A DNA stretch of 64,000 nt from Lama guanicoe (GCA_013239625.1 MU054323.1:2418001-2482000); one strand, 5' to 3'. Shown: positions 38,395 to 51,124, counted from the stretch's first letter. Numbers and translations are program-made. Notes: generated by a model not told the origin, from the sequence alone.

Positions 38395-38446
38395 GTGCAT
38401 GTGTGTGTGTGTGTGAGTGCGCGCGTGCATGTGTATGTGTGTGTGT
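38395..38446. repeat. Alternating purine-pyrimidine (TG)n/(CG)n microsatellite
   Basis: gtgcatgtgtgtgtgtgtgtgagtgcgcgcgtgcatgtgtatgtgtgtgtg. Confidence 0.9.
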
Positions 38447-40894
38447 TTGTTTATTTCACCCAAATCTTTCTCTATCTCTAAAGCACTTAGAATTTGAAAA
38501 CTCCAACATGGTTTGTCAGACACATAATCTGTATTCTTTTAAACCCGTAAGAAATGACATTCTTGTTTCAGCTTTATCAGTTTCTTAAATTATGAATATG
38601 ATATTCTGTAAAACTAGCCAGTGCCCACTCCTCCTTCTAAGGCTGAAAGGGTTATTAAAACAAAAACAGAAAATTGGGGTCCTCTAGACTGTAAGAAATT
38701 GATCCCCCAAAGATTTATGATCATGCTATCAAAATCACAACTAGACACTGGTGCCCAAGTTGGTAAATGGTTTTCCTACAATACTTTGCACAGAAGAAAA
38801 GAATAAAACAACAGCAGCAATGACAGTGAACATCTCACACCCGGCACCTCAAGCTCAACCGCCAACTTTTTTTTTTTTTTTACCTGCAGATGAATTCACC
38901 ATTTGGGTGCCTTCTCAAATATGTCTTAAATATTTCTGTGCGGTGAATTCTCATGTGTGGTTCTCTTGGGGATGACTGGGCACTGAATAGCCCTCCGTGC
39001 AAACTGGGTTATGAGCCAATGTTTATTCCATGACCTGGCCTCTCTTCTACTACCCAAGAATCTGAGAAAAATACACAGGCTTTCAGAAAGAAGGATGGGC
39101 ACACCGGTTAGTTTTTTCTTAATATTCATTCAGATGGCACCTTGGCTAACCACGCCTGATGCAGATGGAGTGGGCTTTTCCAGGTCTCCAGACAAGGGCT
39201 ATTGGCATTCTGAATCCCCAAAAGTCTCACTTTGGAAGCATAAATTCATAAATAACCTCTTGCCAAAATTGCCAAAATCTTTTCCTTATGTTTTTAGACC
39301 TAAAAGGAAAGTGAAGATCAGCTTAACAGCTACTGGAGTATCTTGGAGATGGAACTTGAGATTTGTACTTAAATGTGTTCTTTGCTCATGACAATGAAAA
39401 TCTTGAAACCTCCAGAGATACTGTTTTCTAGCATCTTAATTTCATCCAAATTGTATGTTTCTTTGAAATATTGGCAGCAGAACTTTTGCAAAGGTTTTAG
39501 CTCTGAATCCTCAATTACAATTTTATTGTTTGAGTTTTCTTACCAAATTAAAAAAAAAGCCATGATATGCAATCATGTCTTTTTCCATGCCTTTGCTTGA
39601 ATTCAGGCAATTGACTACATAAACTAAGGAAAACAGTGCAGTTATCAACAGCATTGTGTTAGTTAATGCTAGAATTGTTCCTCCAGTCACAGAATCCTAA
39701 GATCTTAAAATTGACCTTAAAGGAAGCCACCTTAAATCATTCCTACAAATGATGGTACTATTGAAAGTATTAAATGCCTGGGAGCAGAAATGGGAAGAAT
39801 GCTCGCTCATGTTCTGTTTTTTTTCTTTTTTTCCCAATGTCCAAGTAGCCAAGTCTCTGGTATGTATCAGAGGAACAGGCAATTTTCAGAGTGAAGTCAG
39901 CTGAAAAGTATGCAGATGGCAGTGTAAATGTTAGGAGAGTTTGGAGGAAAATATGCCAACTATGTGCTGTTTTGCTATAGTAAGTATAGAACCATCTCTT
40001 CAATGTCACGGGCAAGATCTTTGCCAAGTGGAATACCCTATTTATAACCCTATCAAGAAGAGGAAATCATGCCAAGAACAAGGTAAAACTATTAGCTGTA
40101 TTAACAAAAATACTTAAAAGCATGTTTGTATTTGAAAATAAATGTTCGTGGTTATGAAAAAAATATAAGTAGTTGTAGATCTGGGTGTTGAAACCTGTTG
40201 CAAGACCATTAATTAGTCATCTTCTTATCTTCTCTGCCATATTTCTTCCAACGTGCCTGTTTGAAGTCGTAAATGGAGCTCATAAATGGACTCCTTGGGA
40301 GATACAGAGAAAATAAACAATTCCCCCTATTTGGTAAATAGTTAAGAAATCTCCCTGGACTCACATGTGTTTTTCCCTCCTGTTGGCACTGTTGATTCAG
40401 TGCCATCTGGGACATCCTCCCAATCTGTCTTGAAGCTGCCAGTCTTTCCAATGCCAAGTATGTAGGCTGCAATCCCAGAAGCAGGAAAAGTAGAGGGAGT
40501 CCAAGGGTGTGCCATTAAGTGTGCAGTGTCTGTTCACAAAGGTGTCACACTGGGAGGTAGGGGCCTGGCAACCAGCCTGCACGTGCCAGCAACAGGACAC
40601 CGGCCGTGAGCTGCCACACCACATCCTTCCCTCCTCCCCAGTACCCTGGCAGGCAGCGTGTGAATAAGCCGGTTGCTAAGGGAATGGCTGGATTGGTGCC
40701 AGGGTCCGCTTCTTTTGCCTTCCTATTGTATCAGTGAACCTTGTTTATGCCATACTGTGCTCGACTACAAGGACTGAGCAAACATTGAGATACAATGTTT
40801 TTCTCCTTTCTTTGTTCTATTACTTTGTCTTCTCCACCTACTCATATAAACTGGGAGAGTACAGAGACCACATCATTTGCAATCAGACAAAAAT

Positions 40895-41085
40895 CAGGGT
40901 TACATTGGACTCTTACTAGTTCTGTGTCTCTGAAGATAAAACAAAACACAACATTTAACTCATCTAAGCCTCAATTTATTTTTCACTAATAGAATGTACC
41001 TTGCCGGTTTGTTGTAAGGTTTAGCAGAGGTCATGTAAATGCCTAGCACTGGTTCTAGAATATGGCCGGCCATACATATTAATTT
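40895..41085 (+). mobile_element. MIR SINE
   Basis: 'tttaactcatctaagcctcaatttatt...gtaccttgccggtttgttgtaaggtttag...catgtaaatgcctagcactgg'. Confidence 0.65.
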
Positions 41086-41129
41086 GCCATAGCTGGAGGC
41101 ACTATAAATAGACTATGGCTCTTCCAATT

Positions 41130-41545
41130 TATTAATCATGTATTAATCTTATTATTTAATAATCTAATTCATTCATAGTTATATTAGATAATGATATCAT
41201 ATACTACCCTTTAAGTATCTACTTATTAAAATAATTATTAACCCTCTATCAAATTGTATGATGATTTTATAAATATATATGCTTATTTGAGATATAATTG
41301 CCACATATTATATAGTATGTATTTTATATAACCACTATATATCACATATATCATGCATTATATTATTTTACATATTATATTATATATATTATTATATTAT
41401 GATTTTTATTATGTAGTATGAGTCTGTCTCATGCATATGCCCTATATCACATGTCATGTTTTATACACTATATTAATACATATTATTATTTATGTTTATA
41501 GATATTGTATGTAGTTGTATGTGATTTTATCATTTCATTAAATAA
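41130..41545. repeat. AT-rich low-complexity array (continues at 44245-44400)
   Basis: Degenerate TATAT/ATT array on both sides of the young L1. Confidence 0.8.
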
Positions 41546-41550
41546 GTAAC

Positions 41551-44240
41551 TTTTTTAACATTATTTACTGATTTACAATAATTTTACAATGTTGTGTCAA
41601 ATTCCAGTGTAGAGCACAATTTTTCAATTTTACATGAACATATATATATTCATTGTCACATTTTTTTTCTCTATGAGCTGCCATAAGATCTTGTGTATAT
41701 TTCCCTGTGCTATACAGTATAATCTTATTTATCTATTCTACATTTTGAAATCCCAGTCTATCCCTTCCCACCCCCTGGCCCCTTGGCAACCACAAGTTTG
41801 TATTCTATTGTCTATGAGTCTGTTTCCATTTTGTATTTATGTTTTGTTTGTTTTGTTTGCTTGTTTGTTTTTGTTTTTTTCAGATTCCACATATGAGCGA
41901 TCTCATATGGTATTTTCTTTCTCTTTCTGTCTTACTTCACTTACAGTGACATTCTCCAGGAGCATCCATGTTGCTGCAAATGGCATTATGTTGTCTGTAT
42001 TTATGGCTGAATAGTATTCCATTGTATAAATATACCACCTCTTCTTTATCCAGTCATCCGCTGATGGACATTTAGGCTGTCTCCATGTCTTGGCTATTGT
42101 AAATAGTGCTGCTATGAACATTGGGGTGCAGGTGTCATCCTGAAGTAGGGTTCCTTCTGGTTACATGCCCAGGAGCAGGATTCTTGGGTCATATGGTAAG
42201 TCTATTCCTAGTCTTTTGAGGAATCTCCATACTGTTTTCCACAGTGGCTGCACCAAACTGCATTCCTACCAGCAGTGTAGGAGGGTTCCCCTTTCTCCAC
42301 AGCCTCTCCAGCATTTGTCATTTGTGGATTTTTGAATGATGGCCATTCTGACTGGTATGAGGTGATACCTCATTGTAGTTTTGATTTGCATTTCTCTGAT
42401 AATTAGTGATATTGAGCATTTTTTTCATGTGCCTATTGATCAATGTCTTCCTAACTGCTTGTTGAGGTCTTTTGCCCATTTTTGGATTGGGTTGTTTGGT
42501 TGTTTCTTATTAAGTCGTATGAGCTGCTTATATATTCTGGAGATCAAGCCTTTGTCGGTTTCGTTTCAAAAAATTTTCTCCCATTCCGTAGGTTTTCTTC
42601 TTGTTTTATTTCTGGTTTCCTTTGCTCTGCAGAAGCTTGTAAGTTTCATTAGGTCCCATTTGTTTATTCTTGCTTTTATTTCTTCTAGGAGAAAATTTTT
42701 GAAATGTATGTCAGATAATGTTTTGCCTATGTTTTCCTCTAGGAGGTTTATTGTATCTTGTCTTATGTTTAAGTCTTTGATCCATTTTGAGTTGATTTTT
42801 GTATATGGTGTAAGGGTGTGTTCTAGCTTCATTGTTTTACATGCTGCTGTCCAGTTTTCCCAACACCATTTGCTGAAGAGACTGTCTTTATTCCATTGTA
42901 TATTCTTGCCTCCTTTGTCGAAGATGAGTTGACCAAAAGTTTGTGGGTTCATTTCTGGGCTCTCTATTCTGTTCCATTGGTCTATATGTCTGTTTTGGTA
43001 CCAATACCATGCTGTCTTGATGACTGTAGCTCTATAGTATTGTCTGAAGTCTGGGAGAGTTATTCCTCCAGCCTCTTTCTTTCTCTTCAGTAATGCTTTG
43101 GCAATTCTAGGTCTTTGATGGTTCCATATAAATTTTATTATGATTTGTTCTAGTTCTGTGAAATATGTCCTGGGTAATTTGATAGGGATTGCATTAAATC
43201 TGTAGATTGCCTTGGGCAGTGTGACCATTTTAACAATATTGATTCTTCCAATCCAAGAGCATGGGATATCTTTCCATTTTTTAAAGTCTTCTTTAATTTC
43301 CTTCATCAATGGTTTATAGTTTTCTGTGTATAATTCTTTTGCCCCCTTGGTTAGATTTATTCCTAGGTATTTTATTACTTTGGGTGCTATTTTAAACGGG
43401 ATTGTTTCTTTATTTTCTTTTTCTGTTGATTCATCATTAGTGTAAAGAAAGGCAACTGATTTTTGAACATTAATCTTGTAACCTGCTACCTTGCTGAATT
43501 CTTCCATCAGCTCTAGTAGTTATTGTGTGGACCTTTTAGGGTTTTCTATATATAGTAACATGTCGTCAGCATATAGTGACACTTTTACCTCTTCTTTTCC
43601 AATTTGGATCCCTTTTATTTCTGTCTCTTGCCTGACTGCTTGGCTAGGACTTCCAAGACTATGTTGAATAGGAGTGGTGATAGTGGGCATCCTTCTCTTG
43701 TTCCAGATTCTAGTGGGAAGCTTTTGAGTTTTTCACTGTTGAGTACTATGCTGGCTGTAGGTTTGTCATATATAGCTTTTATTATGCTGAGATACGTTCC
43801 CTCTATACCCACTTTGGTGAGAGTTTTTATCATAAATGGGTGTTGAATTTTATCAAATGCTTTTTCTACATCTATTGAGATGATCACGTGGTTTTTGTCC
43901 TTTCTCTTGTTGATGTGATGTATTACATTGATTTGCATAACTTGGTCATGATATATAATCTTTTTTATGTGCTGTTGGATTCTATTTGCTAATATTTTGG
44001 TGAGGATTTTGGCATCTGTGTTCATCAGTGATATTGGCCTATAATTCTCTTTTTTGGTAATATCTTTGCCTGGTTTTTGTATCAAAGTGATTGTGGCTTC
44101 ATAGAATGAGTTTGGGAGTATTCCCTCCTTTTCAATCTTCTGGAAGAGTTTGAGAAGGACTGGTATGAGTTCTTCTTTGTATGTTTCCCCAGTGAAGCCA
44201 TCTGGTCCTGGGCTTTTATTTGTAAGGAGGATTTTTATTA
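41551..44240 (-). mobile_element. Lineage-specific (camelid-type) LINE-1, 5'-truncated, about 2.7 kb
   Basis: Short poly(T) at 41551; 3'UTR 'tacaatgttgtgtcaaattccagtgtagagcacaat'; ORF2 fragments 41903-42121, 42566-43507 (313 aa) and 43615-44085 (RT: '[16 protein letters not shown]', '[21 protein letters not shown]'). Confidence 0.95.
41960..44240 (-). pseudogene. Disrupted LINE-1 ORF2 (RT and C-terminal domains)
   Basis: Catalytic YADD at 43573-43562, in-frame TAA at 43522-43520, a deletion after 'HDQV' and frameshifts between the ORF pieces; endonuclease domain absent. Confidence 0.9.
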
Positions 44241-44499
44241 AGATATAAAATGCTCCAATAATTTTATGATTAGTGTATTATACATGGTATAATGTATATT
44301 ATGCTGTAATACAGATAATCTGATTATATGATTATTAAAATTAAAAAACAAATTTTAGTAATACTCTGTTCATATATGCCATGGTATAAATATAAATGTA
44401 AGCATACGTGCACAAATGGAATTATCTAATAACCTTCAGCGTACTTGGGCCACAATTCTCATGGTAAGAACTGTCACAAGGAGAGGTAGTAAAATACCA

Positions 44500-44710
44500 T
44501 AGAAAGACCACGTGTCTCAGAATAAAAAACAGTTTAAATCCACTCCATGTGGGGTGTGGGAACCTGGGCAGGCCAGTTCACCTCCCTGAATCTCTGTTTC
44601 CTTGCTCTAGTTTAGAGAGGCGGGGGAGGGGAACTTACAGACTCAGACTGAAATAACATAAGTGCACAACGCAACTGCTGGCACATAAGGAATCAATAGA
44701 CATCATTATT
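44500..44710 (+). mobile_element. MIR SINE
   Basis: 'aacctgggcaggccagttcacctccctgaatctctgtttccttg...ctggcacataaggaatcaatagacatcattatt'. Confidence 0.6.
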
Positions 44711-45442
44711 CATGTTCTTGTTAAAGTTCATTATTATTAAAGGCTAACTATCGTTGTTTTCGGTGGAAGTCAGAAACGCATTCAAGAAGCACCCATTTAC
44801 CTACGGGGCTTTCTTGGCACAGGGCTGGCTACCACGGTGTCTGTTTCGCTTGGGCCTCAATCGGAGAGCGGGGCCAGTTGTCCTCACTTTCCAGCAGTTG
44901 GTGAATATTCAAACTGATATCCCTTGTGGGGTCAGATCTTGGGGACAAATATTTCTTCTATGTCAAGGTTTCTTAAATTTCACATGTGATTTAGAAAGCA
45001 AATAAGCCCCTTAATTGCTTCGTTAAGCTAGTCAACACTAATTAAAAAAAGTCAGGAGGAAAAATATTAGAAACTGCTGTGCTTGGTTTTCAGCCTTCTC
45101 CCTTTCCTCCAGAACATGTCTTGCTCTGCTGAGGAAAGGGAGGTGGTGATTTTCCAGTGATAGGACCCATTGTGACCTCCCCAGTTCTGAGTTTGAAATT
45201 GAGCTTTGCTCTTTTGGGGTTCCACTCAGTTTATTACTGGTGAAACATGATTTCCCAACCCTATGGAAAAAAATACCTAAAATGTCTTAAAAGGAGTGCA
45301 GGGGATAACCCGAACTATTTTGATGAGTTAGAATTCAACCAGCTGGTAACGTCAGTTTCTTCTCCCGTGGCACAGCCCAAGAGCGTGAGAACAGTGTCAC
45401 AGGGATCACAGACGGGAGCCAGGCTTAGAGGGGGAGAGGCTT

Positions 45443-45497
45443 CGCGTGTAAATATGCGTGTGTGCGTGTGCGTGTGCGTCCGCATGCATCTGCGCAC
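45443..45497. repeat. (GT/GC)n alternating purine-pyrimidine tract
   Basis: cgcgtgtaaatatgcgtgtgtgcgtgtgcgtgtgcgtccgcatgcatctgcgcac. Confidence 0.8.
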
Positions 45498-45789
45498 TTG
45501 AAAGCACCAGGCGCCTTTGTGGCACGTATATGGTGGGGGATGTGTGATGAGGGGGTGCTACTTGTCTGCAAGACGATTGCAACCTGAATTCAGCCTTTTG
45601 CTCTGGTCCAAATGTTGGGACAGTTACTCCTCTTAGCTCTGCTGAAGCTTGTGAGAAAAGTAGGTTTTTTTGTAGTTCTTCCTAGAACTAACTAGGCCAT
45701 CTCCCTGGTTCTATCAGCTCCCTCGGAATCTCTCAGATCCAGAAAGAATGATAAAGAAAATCTAGTAACCTGCCCCTCACGCTCCTTTA

Positions 45790-46030
45790 CAGTAGTAAAT
45801 AGCTTCTATATATTGAACACTTACTGGGTACCAAATTCTATTTAGATATTTTATAACTATGGCCATAATTCTCAGTAACTCCTTGAGGTGCATTTTTTAA
45901 TTCCCATTTAATTGATGAAGCTATCAGGGCTAAGAGAAATACAGAAAAAGGCTCATGGCCTCTGAGTTGGCAGGTGGTTGAGCAGGAATTAGAACCCAGA
46001 GCTGCCTACTGCAAAATCACTGTGATTTCC
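45790..46030 (-). mobile_element. MIR SINE
   Basis: 'tattgaacacttactgggtacca...ttcccatttaattgatgaagctatcagggctaagaga...ggaattagaacccag'. Confidence 0.8.
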
Positions 46031-48714
46031 TCCTTACCCATCATTCAAAAGGCTCTTTATTGTGATCCTCTGAGTTAAACTAGCAATTCTTCTTGGTCCC
46101 AAACGAGAAGAATCTGAGTCCCTCCTTGTTTTGAAAATGCTACTTAGAATAGTGCCTCTGCCAAGCCTCCCTAGTGTGTGAACATCCCCTGTAGCTCCAA
46201 AGCTGGCTTTCCCCAAAGCCTTCAGGACCTCAGTGCTCGTGGTACCCTTCAGAGGAATTTGGGCTGCTTATGGGAATCTGCTAGAAGAACAGAAAATGTG
46301 AAGGACTCAGAGAGTAGAATCAGAAAGAATTTTGCCCACGTTCTCACTTGTACAAGGAAGACCAGGCCTGAATTATTTAGGGTTGCTGGTGATTTCCCAT
46401 GGGAGGCGTCAGCCCTCATGGATAGCCTCTCTCATTGGACTGTGAGTGAGTGGGAAGGCTAAAAACCTCACCTTGATCATAACAAACTCAACAGAAATCC
46501 AAAACTTTAAGGCTCAATCAGCTATTTTTCAGGCATTGAAAGCATTCTGGGACACTGTCACATGGGCCCACTGCAGAAACAAAAGCTGGATGTGTCTTGA
46601 GGGAAGATGTAATGTAGAAGCCCTCAAAGGGGGTGGTCAGGGGTCCAGTTCATATGTTCCAAAGGGTTCCATTTACTCAGTAATGACTAGTTCTATGCTA
46701 TCAAGAGGCTCCATTTTGCTTGGCGAGGCCTGGCAACTGGCCTCCGCCTGTGACAGGCACACTTCTGGGGGTTGAAAGGCCTGCCGCCCAGTAGACTCCT
46801 AGATACTCAAGATCTATTCCAGTTTCCTTGAGGCCCAGGACTTGTGAGAAAGGACAAATTCTAGGTTCCATACATAGTGGGTCTGAGCCAGCTGACAGTT
46901 CCCTTGCCTTGGACTGGGAAAGACAAAGTCTGCAGGTGCTTGGGGTGGGGGTGGGTGGCAGGCCAGGGCAGGACCCGTAGCTCTGATGATGCTTCAGACA
47001 TGTGTACATTCTCTTTAGAAGACCAGTTACCTCTGGCCATGGACTGTATGTAGATAAACCAAGGCACAGAGTGTGCACAGTTAAAAAGACTACATTTATG
47101 CAATTACTGACATCATTAAAACAGCATATAAAGGAACAAACCACCCTTCCATATCTCCTTTCATTTCTCGGTGTTCTGAAGATTGACAGCAACTGACTAT
47201 AAGCCTAAAATATTTTATCAAGTAGTTATTAAATAATAACCATAAAGGATATGAGCTAGCATCACAAGATTCTTTCTCAAGAAGATCTTTAATGAGAGTG
47301 AAATGAGGTCCAAAGAATAAAAAAGTTATTTCTGATGTTTCTGTGGGGCCCCTCTTGCTTCTACTGTTTGCAAATCAAGGGCCAAGAATCAAGTTTAAGC
47401 AGGAAGAATGTGTGATGAACTTGGTGGGGGGAATAGGGGCACATGACATGAGTGGATCTAAGAAAATGGGTGTGAGAGGCTGTCTAACAGCCTTAGTCAT
47501 CACCCAGAGCTGACTGCTACCAGAGCATCTGTCAGCCAGGCAAAGAATCCAGGCCCTGGTAAACATGGCCCAGGATATCAACACCCCAGATCAATGTGCT
47601 GAATTCTTCACAGAGCTGTGATTCTCTGGGGGACCTTGAGGTTCATGACTAAGAAATAGGTTTAAGGGTAGATCTCAGCCCTCTGGGGAAGGCGAAGGGT
47701 AGATCTCCACCATCTGGGCAGCAAAGGGGAGAGTTATCACAGGGTTACCTGTGGAGCTCCAACCTTCAGACCTCATTGTGGCCAAAGTGATTAGAATCCA
47801 CTGGGAGTGCCTGGCATCAGACGTAGTCAGGGGGCCCCAACAAGGGCGCATGATATTCTAAGCTCCACTGGCCAGAAGACAGAGGTGGTTAAAGACTCCT
47901 GATAGCCTTTATCATGAGCAGGACTGGCTTGAGTCCTAGGTACTCTTAAGCCCCCTCAAGGGTCAGAGGAATGAACCCTAATTTTCTGTAGAGGAAGCCA
48001 ACCAAAGGGTGAAAGATTTTCTGTACCAGCACCATGGAAAGCCATCAATCCCAGGTCCTTTCGGTGGAGGCTCTCACAAAAGGAGAATGACCCCCACTCT
48101 GCAAGCAGCAAGTGAGCATAACCCAGGCCTGTGAAGGAACTAGTGTGAAAGGGACTAGCGGGAGGACACAGGCCAGTCCGATGAGCAGGTTAGAGCTCAG
48201 TGATGATGCAGCAAGGCCGGTGGGCCCTCGTCGGAAGGAGCCTAGCCCAGCCACGGATTTTGACATTCTAAGTCCTAAAAGGCTCCCACACACTACACTG
48301 CAGCGGGTCCCCAGACAGCCCAGGGACTCCTCCCTTCCCACACGAAGTCCTGGGAAAGCCACAATATTTCTCTTCTTGTGCTTCCTCCATCAGTCTGCTC
48401 CAACTACCTCCCTCTCCCCAGCAACCGTCACATCAGAGGCTGTGTCTCCACACTTCAGGCCTTCACCCAGAGCCCTCTCTTTCCCTGAAACCCCCTCTTT
48501 CCCCTCCAGTCGCTCTACTCCTCTTGGGGCTTTGAACCAAAGCCCACCTCTCTCCCTACCAGGATTACTTTAGTTTGCACTGACTTTCTCCGGCTGCGCC
48601 ATCTGAGTCGTGTCCTTAGTCATCATTATTTATAGGGCTTCCTAGAATGCCCAGGGGCAAGGGCCAGACCCGCGTTAAACTATAAAGAGTAGGAAGAGCC
48701 CCTACAGGCCACTT

Positions 48715-48850
48715 AGGCCCACCATTTCCCTGGGGACACAAGCAAGCAGAGGTCCAGAGGGGAGAAGTGATTTCCTCAAGGCCACAAGAGAATCAGTAAC
48801 AGAGGAAAGAAACATCCGTATCTCCTGACTCTCCACCCACAATGTCTTCC
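48715..48850 (-). mobile_element. MIR SINE fragment
   Basis: 'gaggtccagaggggagaagtgatttcctcaaggccacaagagaatcagtaacagag...ctcctgactc'. Confidence 0.7.
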
Positions 48851-49904
48851 ATGACTGTCTCTTGCCTAAGCAATTCACCTGAAGAGCCAAACCCAGGAAC
48901 AATTACCTCTTCAGAGAAATTATACGGCGTTTGTCAGAGCTCTCTCCTGATGTTCCAGCGGCTGTGGGTCTTGCTCAGGGTCTCTGCTTTGGCAGTTCTG
49001 GCTGAATCACAAGGTTCCAGAATAAGCAGGAAGGAGCCAGTCCTGGGTGAGGCTGCCTCCAAGGCACTGCACCCTCCTAGGAGGCAAGAGAAGGAGCCCC
49101 ATGAAGTTAACCTTGAGCTTTCCCGCCATCTTCCCTCTATGGCCTCCACCTCGCAGCGAGTTCTGGGATCCAAACGTGCTCAGGGGTATGGAAGGCTGTC
49201 ATCCCCAGGGCCTCACACTATAAACTTCATTTCCTCCCTTTATTGCAGTTAACTGCCCATGAACTCTATTAATATTTTGCAAATTGAGATCCCTAAAACA
49301 CATGTTACAGTTAATTTTAACCTCATGCTAACTAGGATGTGGTCAGATTTTCACAACAAATTCCGAGGATATTTGCTATGCCTTGGGAAAATACATTTAA
49401 AGGTGGCTCTGAGGTGTATTGTTTTTTTTTTCTGAATCCACACATTTCCTTTCAACCCCTGTCGTTAAGGAGCAGGCAGAAGTAAACCGTTTTAGGAGAG
49501 GAGGAGCCCAAATACAACGGGACTCAGTTACGATGCCACCGTGGCAGAAGGAAGCATCCACCAGACTAGGGCCGGGTCGGAGAGTCCCATGTTTCTGAAT
49601 TTGCCGTAGGGAAAGCATCACATCCCCTTAGTCAGCCAGTGGGTGCGCGCTTTTGCACAAGGGATCATTTTTCTTTAGGAACATGTTATCATTCCATAAG
49701 CACAGTTCTTCTCTTAAGGAAATGGTTTGGGTTCTATAAGTTTAGTAGGAAAAAACTGATTTTTTTTTCTTATCTCCAGTTTGTGTTTTAATGGAATAGT
49801 ATCACAAGTGGAACTTCTAAAACTGATCAGCCAGAAAGAAGAAACCCTTCCTTACATCCCTTCCTCCCACTCTCCCTGCCTGCCTTCTTTCTTCTTCTTT
49901 CCTG

Positions 49905-49985
49905 CTTTCCACTCAGCAAGTCTTTTCTGAGTACCTCCATGTGCCAGGAATCGCTCTAGCCTTTGCAGATACAGTGGTAAACATA
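49905..49985 (-). mobile_element. L2 3' end fragment
   Basis: 'ccactcagcaagtcttttctgagtacctccatgtgccagg...gcagatacagtggtaaac'. Confidence 0.6.
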
Positions 49986-50763
49986 TCCTCGAGAAACACT
50001 AACCGCATGACTCCACATTTAATCATTTAATTATACTTGAGTATGCAACCATTGAGGTAGATGTTCTTCCCCAAGAACATCAATCTATTCAAAAGATTCA
50101 TCTTAACAGAAAGATCTGAGAAACTGTCCAGCTATAGAAAAAGAAAAATGCCCCTTCTATTAATCGGGGTCATCACTTTTCTGTTTTTAAGGGTTTTTGT
50201 TTCCCAAAACAATTCCCCATTTCCTTTCAATCATGCTCTTAAGCTGAGGTTAACCTAAATCTTGGTCACTCCAAAGGAGGAGACGGTGTGGTGTAGCATT
50301 TTCCCCCCACAACCAATTCTGAGACGGATGACAGGAGCAGGGTCATTGGGGAAAAGCATGTCCAACTTCCTCTGCCTCCTGCCCTTCCACAGCAGCCAAG
50401 GTCACACCCAGACCTGGAGTAGAGACCCTCCTCTTCCATGTGAATATTGAACTCTTTCTCCAGCCTCCACTCCTCTCACTATCTCCCCAACCCTCTGAGT
50501 CCAACAGAGCAGGTAACATTCCTAATGTGTAAATGCCAGCTTCTCTCAGTATCTTCAATACTTAGTTATTCAGGGAGGAGTCATCTCCAGAGGGGAAGGG
50601 AGACAGTCCATCTTGAAGGACCAGTGACAGCTGAGCTAATTAATAATCAGGACAAAACATTTGACCAAGCACCAGTGAACATGCCACAGGTTTTATTTCT
50701 CAAATTGTATTTTGCTAAAATGAAAGCATGGGAGGTATTCTGGATTAAAGAATGGAATCAGGT

Positions 50764-51120
50764 AAAGATTCTCAAACTTTTTGGTTTCAGAACACCTTTG
50801 CACTCTTAGAACTATAGACCTCAAAAATTTACGTGGATTCTGTCAATTGATATTTAACACATTAGAGCCTAAACTGAGGATGATTTTTGAAGGTTTTTCA
50901 ATGAACTAATAATCATTAAAAATCATTACATTTTGATATCAATAATATATTTTTATGAAAATAACTATAACTTTCTGCAAAGCAGTTATGAGAAAGAAAG
51001 CAATTTACTTAATGTTTGTTTTAACAGAAGAACACTGACTCTCATATCTGCTTCTGCATTCAGTCTATTGTAATTTCACACATCACGTTGCCTCTGGAAA
51101 ACTCTACTGTGCATTACTGA
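50764..51120 (+). mobile_element. MER119 (hAT-Charlie), 3'-truncated
   Basis: 'ttctcaaactttttggtttcagaacacctttgcactctta...ctcatatctgcttctgcattcagtctattgtaatttcacacatcacgttgcctctggaaaactctactgt'. Confidence 0.85.
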
Positions 51121-51124
51121 AAGA

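Noticed and set aside
38870..38945. Strong-looking acceptor (T-run + acctgcag|ATG)
   Set aside because: The pyrimidine tract is a simple poly(T) run; the ATG frame stops after 18 codons and the donor is weak.
42381..42932. 183-aa hydrophobic + strand ORF (also 33603-33995, 41634-42014, 10873-11361)
   Set aside because: Antisense readings of L1, which characteristically give F/L/S/I-rich pseudo-membrane peptides.
42566..43507. 313-aa ORF as a host gene or active retroelement
   Set aside because: It is a LINE-1 ORF2 fragment; upstream stop, frameshifts and 5' truncation remove the endonuclease domain and ORF1.
48112..48573. 153-aa S/P-rich ORF and other 100-160 aa ORFs at 46-57 kb
   Set aside because: Composition is what GC-richer non-coding DNA produces; overlapping ORFs on both strands, non-ATG starts, no domains or exon structure.
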